Positions 24,452 through 32,000 of a DNA stretch of 32,000 nucleotides are shown here, piece after piece (the stretch's first letter is position 1; each line of letters starts with the position of its first letter). This stretch comes from Nostoc punctiforme PCC 73102 (GTDB lineage: Bacteria; Cyanobacteriota; Cyanobacteriia; Cyanobacteriales; Nostocaceae): positions 90,001 to 122,000 of the forward strand of contig NC_010632.1 in assembly GCF_000020025.1 (NCBI RefSeq). The letters are read 5' to 3'. Made by a program: the position numbers and the translations under genes. The notes beneath the pieces are model-generated. The model was given only the letters and a program-made list of their open reading frames with translations, had not been told where the DNA came from and searched no databases.

Positions 24452-25102
24452 ATGCAATTAAAAGAAGAATTTTATGAACACTACAAGAAAAATAATGGAT
24501 GGGTATATCTAGTCCATGCGGAAGGGACACTACGATTTAAGATTGGTAGATCAATAAATCCTATTGGTCGATTATCCCAGCTACAGGGACAATCACCTTA
24601 CCCATTAGTTATTCAAGAATGCATTTGGACACCAGATGCAATTTATTATGAACAGTATTTACATCAAGAATTTGGTAAATGTAGAGTTTTTGGTGAGTGG
24701 TTTGAGTTTGTAGAACCTTGGGATTTGTCAAATGCTTATAATAAATTTCGCTGGTATGGCAGGACAGATATTTCTGATATTTCTGACTGTATATTTAGTT
24801 GGTTTGTCAATAGATTTTATGAAGTAAAACCATTTTGTCATCTTGAAGCATTTACTCAAATTAATTCAATAATACAAGAAACTTTAGCTACATCACAATG
24901 CTTAGATGACTTAGCTGTTACTATCGATTTTTTCTTAGAATATCTCTTTGAAACTTGGATAACTAAAAAGTTTAATATTTGCCATATCTACGACGAAACT
25001 GAACACTTTTTAGATTTTGCCTGTTTTTTTAAAGGCTTACGAGAGCGTACTGACTGCTTCATTTACGGCTTACACAGAGGAAAAACTTATGAGTTTATCT
25101 AA
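24452..25102 (+). CDS. T5orf172 / MUG113 (GIY-YIG-related) domain protein
   Basis: GWVYLVHAEGTLRFKIGRSINPIGRLSQLQGQSPYPLVI...YEQYLHQEFGKCRVFGEWFEF is the T5orf172 signature as I recall it. Confidence 0.7.
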   Translation: MQLKEEFYEHYKKNNGWVYLVHAEGTLRFKIGRSINPIGRLSQLQGQSPYPLVIQECIWTPDAIYYEQYLHQEFGKCRVFGEWFEFVEPWDLSNAYNKFRWYGRTDISDISDCIFSWFVNRFYEVKPFCHLEAFTQINSIIQETLATSQCLDDLAVTIDFFLEYLFETWITKKFNICHIYDETEHFLDFACFFKGLRERTDCFIYGLHRGKTYEFI

Positions 25103-26594
25103 CAATACAAAAACACTTGAAAGTAGGAAAAATAACAAGTATGCTGAAATACTTGGTAGCCCAATAGCATTTCATCGAGTCTACGCCACAATAGCTGGTA
25201 GTGCTAGCGCTGGGCTTTTTTTGAGCCAAGCTATGTATTGGAATTCGAGAACTAATGATCCACAAGGATGGTTCTACAAGACCTATGAACAATGGACATC
25301 AGAAACAGCACTAAATCGCTATGAATTAGACAAAATTAGGCATCATCTTACCACTATCAATATCTTAGAAACCCAATTGAAAGGCTCTCCAGCACGACTT
25401 TATTATCGGATCAACCATAAAGTATTGAATAACTTCTTAGATGCCATTAAAAAAGGCTCTTTCACATCCATTAGACCAAAGAACAAGAATACAAAAAAAT
25501 ACTCTCAAATCTCTGAGTCTGTTGACAGTCAACAAACTGGCTCAGTTTGCTTACCCTCAACAAACTTGTCTGCTGAGGGTCAACAAGCTAGTCCGATGAC
25601 CCTCAACAATCCCAGTTGCTCACGGTCAACAAACTCTATATATATAGAATCTACAGAGATTACTTCAAAGATTACTTCAGAGATTACACACAATGCGCCC
25701 CTAGCTTCGCTACCCGCGCCCCCCACCCAAGAGAGTGTGTGTGAAAAAGAAGAACTTGATTTAACAACGAAAGAAATTGAACTTGAAGAACCAACTCCAG
25801 AAAAACCAAGTTTAGAAGAATCAACTCCAGAAGAACCAACCCCACAGCAACCCACTTCGTTGTTAAAAAATTCCGAGTCTTTGCAACAAACCGATAACCC
25901 CTCCAGAGGATCAACTATTGCGGCGGAGTCGTTCGAGAAATCCGAACAAGCGAATAAGCTGCAACTAACCTGTCCCTACAAGACAGCCCAGAACGTGAAA
26001 GAACTGATTGATGCCTGGCTAACAGACCCGACTGCTATGAGTGATGATTCTCTACCACTGCTTGTCAGAGAAACAATCAAGTGGAATCGCTGGGTTTTAC
26101 CTTGGCGCAATGGAGAGCGAAAGCTAAATAACCTCTACCAGAACTTCAACCCTGTAGTCGTGGATTTCCTAGCACAAGAATTAGCCACTAAGTCGAAACG
26201 CTCCGCACGACAGGAAATAGATCATGCGATCGCAGTAATGAACACCTGGGAGAAAACCAAGGGTGGGTGGACGAACCTGATGCAGCGTTATCACCAAGCA
26301 TTGCAAACAGAAAAACAGCCCCTACCTCAACAGCGCACTGCTTTGGCTCACAAAGTAAAAAATATCACTAGCAGTTCGCTCGAAGATGCCTTGGCACAAG
26401 ACCGGATACGACGTCAGCAAGAGCAATCTATTCAGGTTCCATCCAATGGGTATCAACACAGCCCACAAATGCTGGAACTAAAAGTAAAGCTTCAAGCCAA
26501 AGCAAATGAGCCAAAAGTTCTGAGCAACACCAGACCATCTTCCACGAATTTGCGAGAAGTTGAAGCGCAGTTAAAATTAGCACTAAGGGCATAA
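25089..26594 (+). CDS. Putative replication initiator (lambda O / DnaD-like winged-helix N-terminus, low-complexity linker, C-terminal helicase-recruiting region)
   Basis: The ATG at 25089 (MSLSNNTK...) is preferred over the ORF-track start at 25017. The N-terminal segment FHRVYATIAGSASAGLFLSQAMYWNSRT...GWFYKTYEQWTSETALNRYELDKIRHHL resembles phage/plasmid replication initiators. The gene contains an iteron-like array and sits directly upstream of dnaB. Confidence 0.55.
   Translation: MSLSNNTKTLESRKNNKYAEILGSPIAFHRVYATIAGSASAGLFLSQAMYWNSRTNDPQGWFYKTYEQWTSETALNRYELDKIRHHLTTINILETQLKGSPARLYYRINHKVLNNFLDAIKKGSFTSIRPKNKNTKKYSQISESVDSQQTGSVCLPSTNLSAEGQQASPMTLNNPSCSRSTNSIYIESTEITSKITSEITHNAPLASLPAPPTQESVCEKEELDLTTKEIELEEPTPEKPSLEESTPEEPTPQQPTSLLKNSESLQQTDNPSRGSTIAAESFEKSEQANKLQLTCPYKTAQNVKELIDAWLTDPTAMSDDSLPLLVRETIKWNRWVLPWRNGERKLNNLYQNFNPVVVDFLAQELATKSKRSARQEIDHAIAVMNTWEKTKGGWTNLMQRYHQALQTEKQPLPQQRTALAHKVKNITSSSLEDALAQDRIRRQQEQSIQVPSNGYQHSPQMLELKVKLQAKANEPKVLSNTRPSSTNLREVEAQLKLALRA
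25521..25691. repeat. Iteron-like array (5 x STCAACAA, mostly 23-bp spacing) + (TA)5 + 3 x AGATTAC(T/A)(T/C)CA 12-bp repeats: candidate origin inside the initiator gene
   Basis: TCAACAA occurs at 25529, 25557, 25580, 25603 and 25626, giving spacings of 28, 23, 23 and 23 nt. The first copy lies within the palindrome GTTGACAGTCAAC (25521-25533). TATATATATA is at 25637-25646. AGATTACTTCA is at 25657 and 25669, and AGATTACACAC is at 25681. Confidence 0.55.
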
Positions 26595-26596
26595 TT

Positions 26597-27946
26597 ATGC
26601 ACTCTAATCAAGACAACGTAGTTTCTTTTCACCCTGACAGGTCACTTGACAACTTACCCCCACAAAACATCGAGGCTGAAGAAGCGATTTTGGGTGGGAT
26701 TATGCTTGACCCAGAAGCAATGACTAGAGTCAGCGATCGCTTGAGTATTGAAGCCTTTTACATCAACGCCCATAAAGATATCTATCAAGCCGCAGTCCGA
26801 CTTCATGCTACATACCAACCTACAGATTTACTAAGCGTCACTGCATGGTTAGCTGACCACAATTTGCTCAATCGCATTGGTGGCAGGAATAAGTTAGCAA
26901 CTCTGGTAGACCGCACTGTATCCGCCGTTAACATCGACGCTTTGGCTGATCTGGTGATGGAGAAATATCGACGGCGGCAGTTAATCAAAGTGGGCAATGA
27001 AATTGTCCAACTCGGTTACGAGACGCAAACCGAACTACCACTTGTTCTTGGACAAGCCGAGGCGAAAGTTTTCACTGTAACCCAAAATCAAAGCGATGAA
27101 CGCTCTTTGGTTTTCTCAGCACAAGACATGGGCATTGAACTTTTTCAAAAACTGGAGATGGGAAACATGGCAGGGGAGAAGGTAGGTTGGTACGACCTCG
27201 AAACTATCATCGGTGGTATTTATCCCAGCAGTTTAGTTGTAGTGGCTGCTGAATCCCACATGGGCAAAACCCACTTCATGATTTCTTACGCTTACGAAAT
27301 CATGACCAAACTTGGAAAGCCAGTTCTGTATGTAACTCCAGAAATGGACAAGAATCAACTCAATGCCCGAATGCTAGCCCGAATCACTGGGGTAGACGCT
27401 TCTATGATTCAAACCAATACTCAATGCTACTGGGAGCAAATAGCACAGGGTATAGGACAGATGGTGGAGTTGCCTTGGAAGGTTTACGAGCATTCCTCCC
27501 CTACAACCGCAATGATTGCTTCTGCTGTGCGCCGTGCCATTGCCGAATTTGATGGTTCTATTGGTGCTGTGTTTATTGACTACTTGCAACAGATTCCTCT
27601 GGAGTCCGGCGGGAACATGGCCTTTGAAGTCGGCAAGATTACCCGCCAGATTCGGGACATTGCCAAATCTCACAAAATCCCTGTTTTCTTGGGCTGTCAA
27701 ATCAATCGGGGCAATCAAACTACGGCTGATAAACGCCCCAATCGGCATCTATTACGTAATTCTGGTGAAATCTTTGAGGTTTGTGACCAGTTAATCATGC
27801 TCTATCGGGATGCTGTCTACACAAAAGACCCAAGCGATCGCACTATCGAGTTAATTGTTGAGAAAAACCGCCTTTACGGTAAGCTCGGCACTGCGACCAT
27901 GTTGTGCGATTTATCAACCTCGAAATTTTTGAACTTGGCAAGATAA
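26597..27946 (+). CDS. dnaB: Replicative DNA helicase DnaB
   Basis: 449-aa ORF. Motifs: N-terminal PPQNIEAEEAILGGIMLDPEA, Walker A region ESHMGKTHF, FIDYLQQI, QINRG and EKNRLYGKLG. Confidence 0.92.
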   Translation: MHSNQDNVVSFHPDRSLDNLPPQNIEAEEAILGGIMLDPEAMTRVSDRLSIEAFYINAHKDIYQAAVRLHATYQPTDLLSVTAWLADHNLLNRIGGRNKLATLVDRTVSAVNIDALADLVMEKYRRRQLIKVGNEIVQLGYETQTELPLVLGQAEAKVFTVTQNQSDERSLVFSAQDMGIELFQKLEMGNMAGEKVGWYDLETIIGGIYPSSLVVVAAESHMGKTHFMISYAYEIMTKLGKPVLYVTPEMDKNQLNARMLARITGVDASMIQTNTQCYWEQIAQGIGQMVELPWKVYEHSSPTTAMIASAVRRAIAEFDGSIGAVFIDYLQQIPLESGGNMAFEVGKITRQIRDIAKSHKIPVFLGCQINRGNQTTADKRPNRHLLRNSGEIFEVCDQLIMLYRDAVYTKDPSDRTIELIVEKNRLYGKLGTATMLCDLSTSKFLNLAR

Positions 27947-27987
27947 TTTGATGCAATGAACTTTTTTAAAGTTTTAGAGGTCGATAT

Positions 27988-28392
27988 ATGAAAGCGCTAT
28001 CTGTTCGTCAGCCTTGGGCATGGGCAATAATTTATGCTCTCAAAAATGTTGAAAACCGTGGCTGGCCCATTCATTATCGCGGCGACATTTTGATTCACGC
28101 CGCCAAAACCTGTACCAAAAAAGAGTACCAAGTAGCGGAAGAATTTGGCCATTGCATGGGGGTAGTAATCCCAGAGTTAATCTCTCTCCGTCGCGGTCAA
28201 GTGATTGGCATTGTCACAATAGTAGACTGCCAATTTTCACAAGTTGCTTCTGGCTGGGGGATGCCTGGGCAGTACCATTGGAAGCTGGAGAATCCGCGCG
28301 AGATTACACCGATTCCTTACATTGGTCAACTGGGGATTTTTGAAGTGCCTGATGATTTGGTGAGAGAAGCGATCGCTCACAACCAGATATGA
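27988..28392 (+). CDS. ASCH (PUA-like) domain protein
   Basis: 134 aa. MKALSVRQPWAWAIIYALKNVENRGW...ILIHAAK is the typical ASCH N-terminal signature. Confidence 0.8.
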   Translation: MKALSVRQPWAWAIIYALKNVENRGWPIHYRGDILIHAAKTCTKKEYQVAEEFGHCMGVVIPELISLRRGQVIGIVTIVDCQFSQVASGWGMPGQYHWKLENPREITPIPYIGQLGIFEVPDDLVREAIAHNQI

Positions 28393-29309
28393 CCACAAAC
28401 AGCAACAGTCCTTATGCACTTCTGGTTAAGTTGAACCAGTAATGTTTATGTCAACTGCAATACCCGAAAAATTCTTAGAGGATGACCTTAAAGCTCAACA
28501 ACTTCGTAGCCAAGGATGCCTCTATCAGTACATAGAAAAGAAAAAGCTACTTGATGGCTCAACCGCTTTTTGCCCACGTATGATTGGTGAGCGTGACCCA
28601 GAAAATCCTCAAAGTTGGCGATGGGCCTACAACTGGGAAAGAGAAAGTGGGAGGGATATGGAAAGGGCGAAGTATTGGTTCGATTCCTTGTGGTGCCGTT
28701 ACCATGATTCGCTCTTTGCAGCAGCAGGGAGCGGACAGGGAGGATATCATCGCTTTCATCAAAAAAGCGAAAACCAAAAATTACTCCCCAAAAATTTTAG
28801 ATGTCTGCAAAAATTTTAATAACACAAATTTTAAGCCAACGCTACCAGATGATGCCCCGATCGCAGTAGTATTATTCGCGGGTGGCGGCGGCATTGAAGC
28901 GGGGATGGTCGAAGCCGGAATTCGTCCAGTCATCGCGGTGGAATTCGATCCAACTAAACCAGAATTGAGCCGAGCAATCGCTCTTACTCATCACTGCAAC
29001 TTCAGCGAGTATGGTTGTAGAGTCGTTCAGCTAACAGTTCAAGAAGTAGCGCAGTCAGGATTCATAGGGTTTCCCCGTTACCCCGACTATCTCCACGCCT
29101 CCCCGGTGTGCGCCAACTTTAGCCTTGCCCATACAGCAAAAGCGGGCAAGGGCATTGAATCGGCTGACGACCTGACAGCTGCGGCTTCTGTTGCTGAAGC
29201 CATCCGACAGTTGCAACCACGAGTGTTTACGCTAGAGAATGTCCCGCGCTAAGTAGGTCAACCTAAAAAAACGTAAGATAAATAGAGTCCACTAATTAAG
29301 TAAGCAGCA

Positions 29310-30361
29310 ATGCCAAAAGTATTAAAAATAATACTTAATAGCGAAGAAGACCGTACACTTAAAGAACTAAGTTGTGCTGATGGAGTAGCACGTCGAACCA
29401 AGCAAAGAGCGACCGCATTACGTCTCAATGCTCATGGATGGAATGTACCTCAGATTGCAGAGTATCTAGATTGGGCACAACAGACGGTAAGACAAACAAT
29501 TCGACGCTGGGAACTTCAAGGCTTAGGGGGTTTGTGGGAAAGACCTGGAAGGGGAAAGAAACGAAGTTGGCATGAAGTTGATTGGCAAGTAGTCGAAAAA
29601 TGCTTAGGACAAAATCGCCGATACAGTGCTCGCCAACTAAGTCAAAAGCTTTTAGAGGAACGACAAATTGAGTTAGGTGCCGAACAAATACGGCGACTAC
29701 TCAAAAAAAGGGGTGGCATTGGAAACGTATCCGCTACTGTCCGGCTCTAAATCTCAAGAAAGAATATTTACAAGCTAAAAGGCTTGATTGGGAATTACTT
29801 AAGCTCTGGTCACAATTAGGGTTAGTTTGTTTAAAGTACTTAGATGAATCTGGTTGCTACTGCACTAGCCCCACTGATTACGCTTATGGACGCAGGGGTG
29901 AGCAAAAACGTATTCGACAAAATAGACGACGTGGTAGACGTATCAATATCTTCGGTATTTGGGAACCAAAAGTTCGTTTTGATTATGCTTTGATGGTGGG
30001 AACTCTCAAAACACCAACCTATGTCCAGCTGATGAACTGGCAAGCTCAAACTGCTGCTACTCGCTTACTTGAAACTGGACAAATCACCGCGATCATTCAT
30101 GATAATGCCTCTGTCCATAAAAGCTCTTTGGCTTGCCAACAGCACCAACGTTGGCAGCAACAAGGTTTGTACATCTTTTTTCTTCCTCCCTATAGTCCCC
30201 AAATGAATCGGATTGAAGATGAATGGTTGCATCTCAAGCGTGACGAGCTTGCTGGTCAAGTTTTTGAGGATGAATATGAATTAGCGATCGCTATTATTGA
30301 TGGTATAAATAACCGAGCTAACCACGGACATTATCAAGTTGAGCGTTTTACGTTTAATTAA
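29310..30361 (+). CDS. IS630-family DDE transposase, expressed from two frames via -1 slippage at A7G
   Basis: ORF A (29310..29750) is the HTH region (RTLKELS...WNVPQIAEYLDWAQQTVRQTIRRW). The -1 frame is open from 29672 to 30361 and encodes LLKKKGWHWKRIR..., LKYLDESG (first D), IHDNASVH (second D) and PPYSPQMNRIEDEW (E). The two frames overlap at CTCAAAAAAAGGGG. Confidence 0.8.
29703..29710 (+). other. A7G slippery run joining transposase ORF A and ORF B (-1 frameshift or transcriptional slippage site)
   Basis: AAAAAAAG at 29703-29710 lies in the 79-nt overlap of the two frames. The joined product reads IRRLLKKKGWHWKRIR, which is the expected continuous IS630 transposase sequence. Confidence 0.6.
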
Positions 30362-31327
30362 ATTGATCTACTTATCAGAACAGTCGAAGTTTCAGTATCA
30401 TTCTGCAAACTTTGGAACTTGAAGGATATTCGGTCAGTTACAGCGTCGTCAATATGGCAGGCGAGATAATTGCCCCAGGCGCGTCGGCGGGTAGTTCTGA
30501 TTGCAAACAAGGGTTTTCAGGTTGGTTTACCTTTGGGAACTACACCTTGTGATTGGTACGAAGCGTTCACGAAGTGTGCCGAAGGTATCGCCCATCTCAT
30601 CCCCACGATGACCGATTCCCAACTACTCCTCAAACAACAGCAAGCTTTGGAGAAATTTTTAGCCGGGAATGCGCCTACACCTCTGTTAATTGAAAGAGTT
30701 GGAGGGCGCACAGAGTCCAAGTATAAACCTGGACATTTACCCTGCAATACCATCTTGCGATCGCCTCCGGCGGGCGGGTACGCCATCGCACTTCACGGAT
30801 CACAAGGGTTGCAACCGGAGCAAGTTCGCTGATATCTGGTTGCCTGATGGGACAGTCAAATCTTTGACAATCCAAGGTACAGCCATTTTGCAAGGTTTTC
30901 CCAGTTGGTATGAGTTCCCAAAAGAGACTACTACGGCTGGGTCAATTATCGGCTATTCTGTACCTCCCAGTTTTGCCGCGCAGTTATTTACTCACATACA
31001 GAAACAATTATCAGGAGCATTTTTATGACAAACCAAGAGCAACTCACTTAAAATGTGTTGGTACAGGTAAGGAAGAGGACAACCAACAAGCAGGGGACAG
31101 AAAAGAAGAAGCACAGAGGTTGTGCGGTGGGAGCGAATTTCCGCCTGCCTTAATGGTTTTCTTTCCTTAGCGACAGTTTACATCTGGGTTCGCAGAATTT
31201 TATTCGTGGGATAGATTCATAGCTGCCTTCAGCAAGAACTGCCCTCTGCCTTTCTCAATAAGTTATCTCAAAAAGATTAAGGGTAAGTAATTCGGATTAA
31301 CGACCAACAGTTTTAAAATCATTTTAG

Positions 31328-31597
31328 TTAAAATGCCCTAATTAAAGTGCCTAGAGTTGGCGTACCTAAAACTGAAGAGGCTAAATTCCCTGGGATATTC
31401 CCATCAATTATCCAGCAGTCAATCCCTAAGTTAGAAATAGTCAAAAACTCCTCAACTTTCTTAGCCATCCCGCCAGTAACATCTACTGATTTGCTCTTGC
31501 CCAAGAAAGGTTTAATCTGAGAATAGTTAGCTTGAGTAATATTGGAAACTACTTGCCCATCTCGATCATCAGAAATGTTGAATGCTGATACAAAAGT
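31328..31597 (-). pseudogene. 3' fragment of an amino-acid-kinase-family gene (isopentenyl phosphate kinase-like)
   Basis: The minus-strand frame has no start codon and is closed upstream by TAA at 31598-31600. It encodes FVSAFNISDDRDGQVVSNITQANYSQIKPFLGKSKSVDVTGGMAKKVEEFLTISNLGIDCWIIDGNIPGNLASSVLGTPTLGTLI. The DVTGGM motif and G-rich tail are characteristic of this kinase fold. The fragment is absent from the ORF track because it has no initiator. Confidence 0.55.
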
Positions 31598-31638
31598 TTA
31601 CATATCTAGTTACACTAACTCTAAAAAGCCTAAAATAG

Positions 31639-32000
31639 TCAACATGACATCATCTCTTCAAACCAATGAACATAACTTATTTTCTGACACATACAAGATT
31701 GTAAATAGCGGAATTTATCTAATAGCGTATGTCCCCATTGTTGTGGTACAGATAATATCTGTAAAATTAGATAAGCTATTAAAGTAACGTAAATTTGTAT
31801 GGTGATACCATTAACATTTTTAGTAATTAACTTGTCAAGTTTTAAGTGCATTTTCAAAAACTTCCACAACAATTCAACTCCCCAACGCAATCGATAAATA
31901 TCCCTGATTTCATAATCACTAACGGCAGCCTCTCCTAATGTTGGTAAATTGGTTACTAATCGAAACTCAGTTTTCGTTTCTAAATCACAAAAATTAATCA
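31639..32000 (-). CDS. IS4-family (DDE_Tnp_1-type) transposase, C-terminal part; gene runs off the window
   Basis: The frame stays open to nt 32000: ...DLETKTEFRLVTNLPTLGEAAVSDYEIRDIYRLRWGVELLWKFLKMHLKLDKL...IQIYVTLIAYLIL. The YRLRW-x-vE-x-fk-x-lK block is the conserved C-terminal region carrying the catalytic E of IS4-type transposases. Confidence 0.7.
   Translation of the reverse strand, partial: INFCDLETKTEFRLVTNLPTLGEAAVSDYEIRDIYRLRWGVELLWKFLKMHLKLDKLITKNVNGITIQIYVTLIAYLILQILSVPQQWGHTLLDKFRYLQSCMCQKISYVHWFEEMMSC

Larger units (their letters stand above)
29252..30372 (+). mobile_element. IS630-family insertion sequence (1121 bp) with TA target-site duplication
   Basis: The left end AGTAGGTCAACCTAAAAAAACGTAA matches the reverse complement of the right end, AGTAGATCAATTTAATTAAACGTAA. 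The element is flanked by TA at 29250-29251 and TA at 30373-30374. Removing the element plus one TA restores the methyltransferase frame (ENVPR-Y-QNSRSF). Confidence 0.85.
28442..31028 (+). pseudogene. DNA (cytosine-5) methyltransferase with N-terminal extension, disrupted by an IS630-family insertion and at least three frameshifts
   Basis: Motifs occur in order but across different frames.
- N-terminal extension: WRWAYNWE (frame of 28442), then EKVGGIWKGRSIGSIP...IIAFIKK (frame of 28584).
- Motif I VVLFAGGGGIEAG, motif IV HASPVCANFS, motif VI TLENVPR, then the IS at 29252.
- After the IS: YQNSRSFSIILQTLELEGYSVSYSVVNMAGEI (from 30373), then LPQARRRVVLIA (motif VIII, frame of 30470).
- Final segment: HFTDHKGC...LTIQGTAILQGFPSWYEF...IGYSVPPSFAAQL (motifs IX/X, frame of 30690). 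Confidence 0.75.

Noticed and set aside
25580-25914. Two antisense ORFs (91 and 76 aa) within the initiator gene's low-complexity linker
   Set aside because: They are generated by the repetitive GAA/CCA-rich linker sequence and are not independent genes.
27374-27794. ORFs antisense to or out of frame within dnaB (27374..27748, 27516..27794; also 26803..26997)
   Set aside because: dnaB is unambiguous, so these are shadow ORFs.
28442-29252. Treating 28442..28819 and 28584..29252 as two genuine overlapping genes
   Set aside because: The protein-like sequence switches from one frame to the other at ~28640 (WRWAYNWE / EKVGGIWKGRSIGSIP). The remainder of each ORF beyond the switch looks like noise. 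A single frameshifted gene explains both better, although a separate methyltransferase start at ATG 28704 cannot be excluded.
29840-30259. Minus-strand ORFs 29840..30049 and 30065..30259 inside the IS
   Set aside because: They are antisense to the transposase DDE region, which is continuous in the + strand frame open from 29672.
30910-31210. 86-aa ORF 30910..31170, and a tRNA-like T-loop resemblance (GGGTTCGCAGAAT) near 31185
   Set aside because: The ORF is an alternative frame of the methyltransferase C-terminus continuing into the spacer. No acceptor or anticodon arms can be folded around the T-loop-like string, so there is no tRNA.
31542-31787. 81-aa + strand ORF spanning the kinase fragment / IS4 junction
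   Set aside because: It crosses two unrelated minus-strand coding segments and has an AT-rich, implausible composition.

Overview
The window looks cyanobacterial: the HIP1 octamer GCGATCGC recurs more than 20 times by eye, and the AT-rich, Nostocales-like composition fits. No rRNA, tRNA or CRISPR array was found. It has four parts.

(1) 1-14.4 kb is a defence island made of two convergent modules.
- Module A (+ strand): the tail of a large adenine methylase, a small 2TM SLATT-like protein, and a 1782-aa DExH helicase fused to a DUF1998 Zn domain and a DUF559-like nuclease.
- Module B (- strand, 13641->6336): a tightly packed four-gene operon of a VMAP-C protein, a MoxR AAA+ ATPase, a 1237-aa vWA protein carrying a C-terminal HEAT / calcineurin-like phosphoesterase / SAVED extension, and a SMODS/CD-NTase-like nucleotidyltransferase with an AGS-C-like tail.
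- Module B reads as a fusion of a vWA-MoxR-VMAP ternary conflict system with a CBASS-like nucleotide-signalling pair. It is the best candidate for an undescribed system.

(2) 14.7-17.3 kb holds a P-loop kinase-like gene and a GNAT gene, bracketed by a full and a 5'-truncated direct copy of the same gene 3' end.

(3) 17.3-31.0 kb is a phage/plasmid-like regulatory and replication module with no integrase or structural genes visible.
- It contains an XRE repressor with palindromic operators, a frameshifted KilA-N gene, an N6-methyltransferase plus AlkB, an RHH protein, a T5orf172 protein, a replication initiator with an internal iteron array followed by DnaB, and an ASCH protein.
- It also contains a C5-cytosine methyltransferase destroyed by an IS630-family insertion plus frameshifts.

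(4) 31.3-32.0 kb holds an amino-acid-kinase gene fragment abutting a partial IS4-family transposase.

All family assignments come from motif recognition by eye, not from searches.
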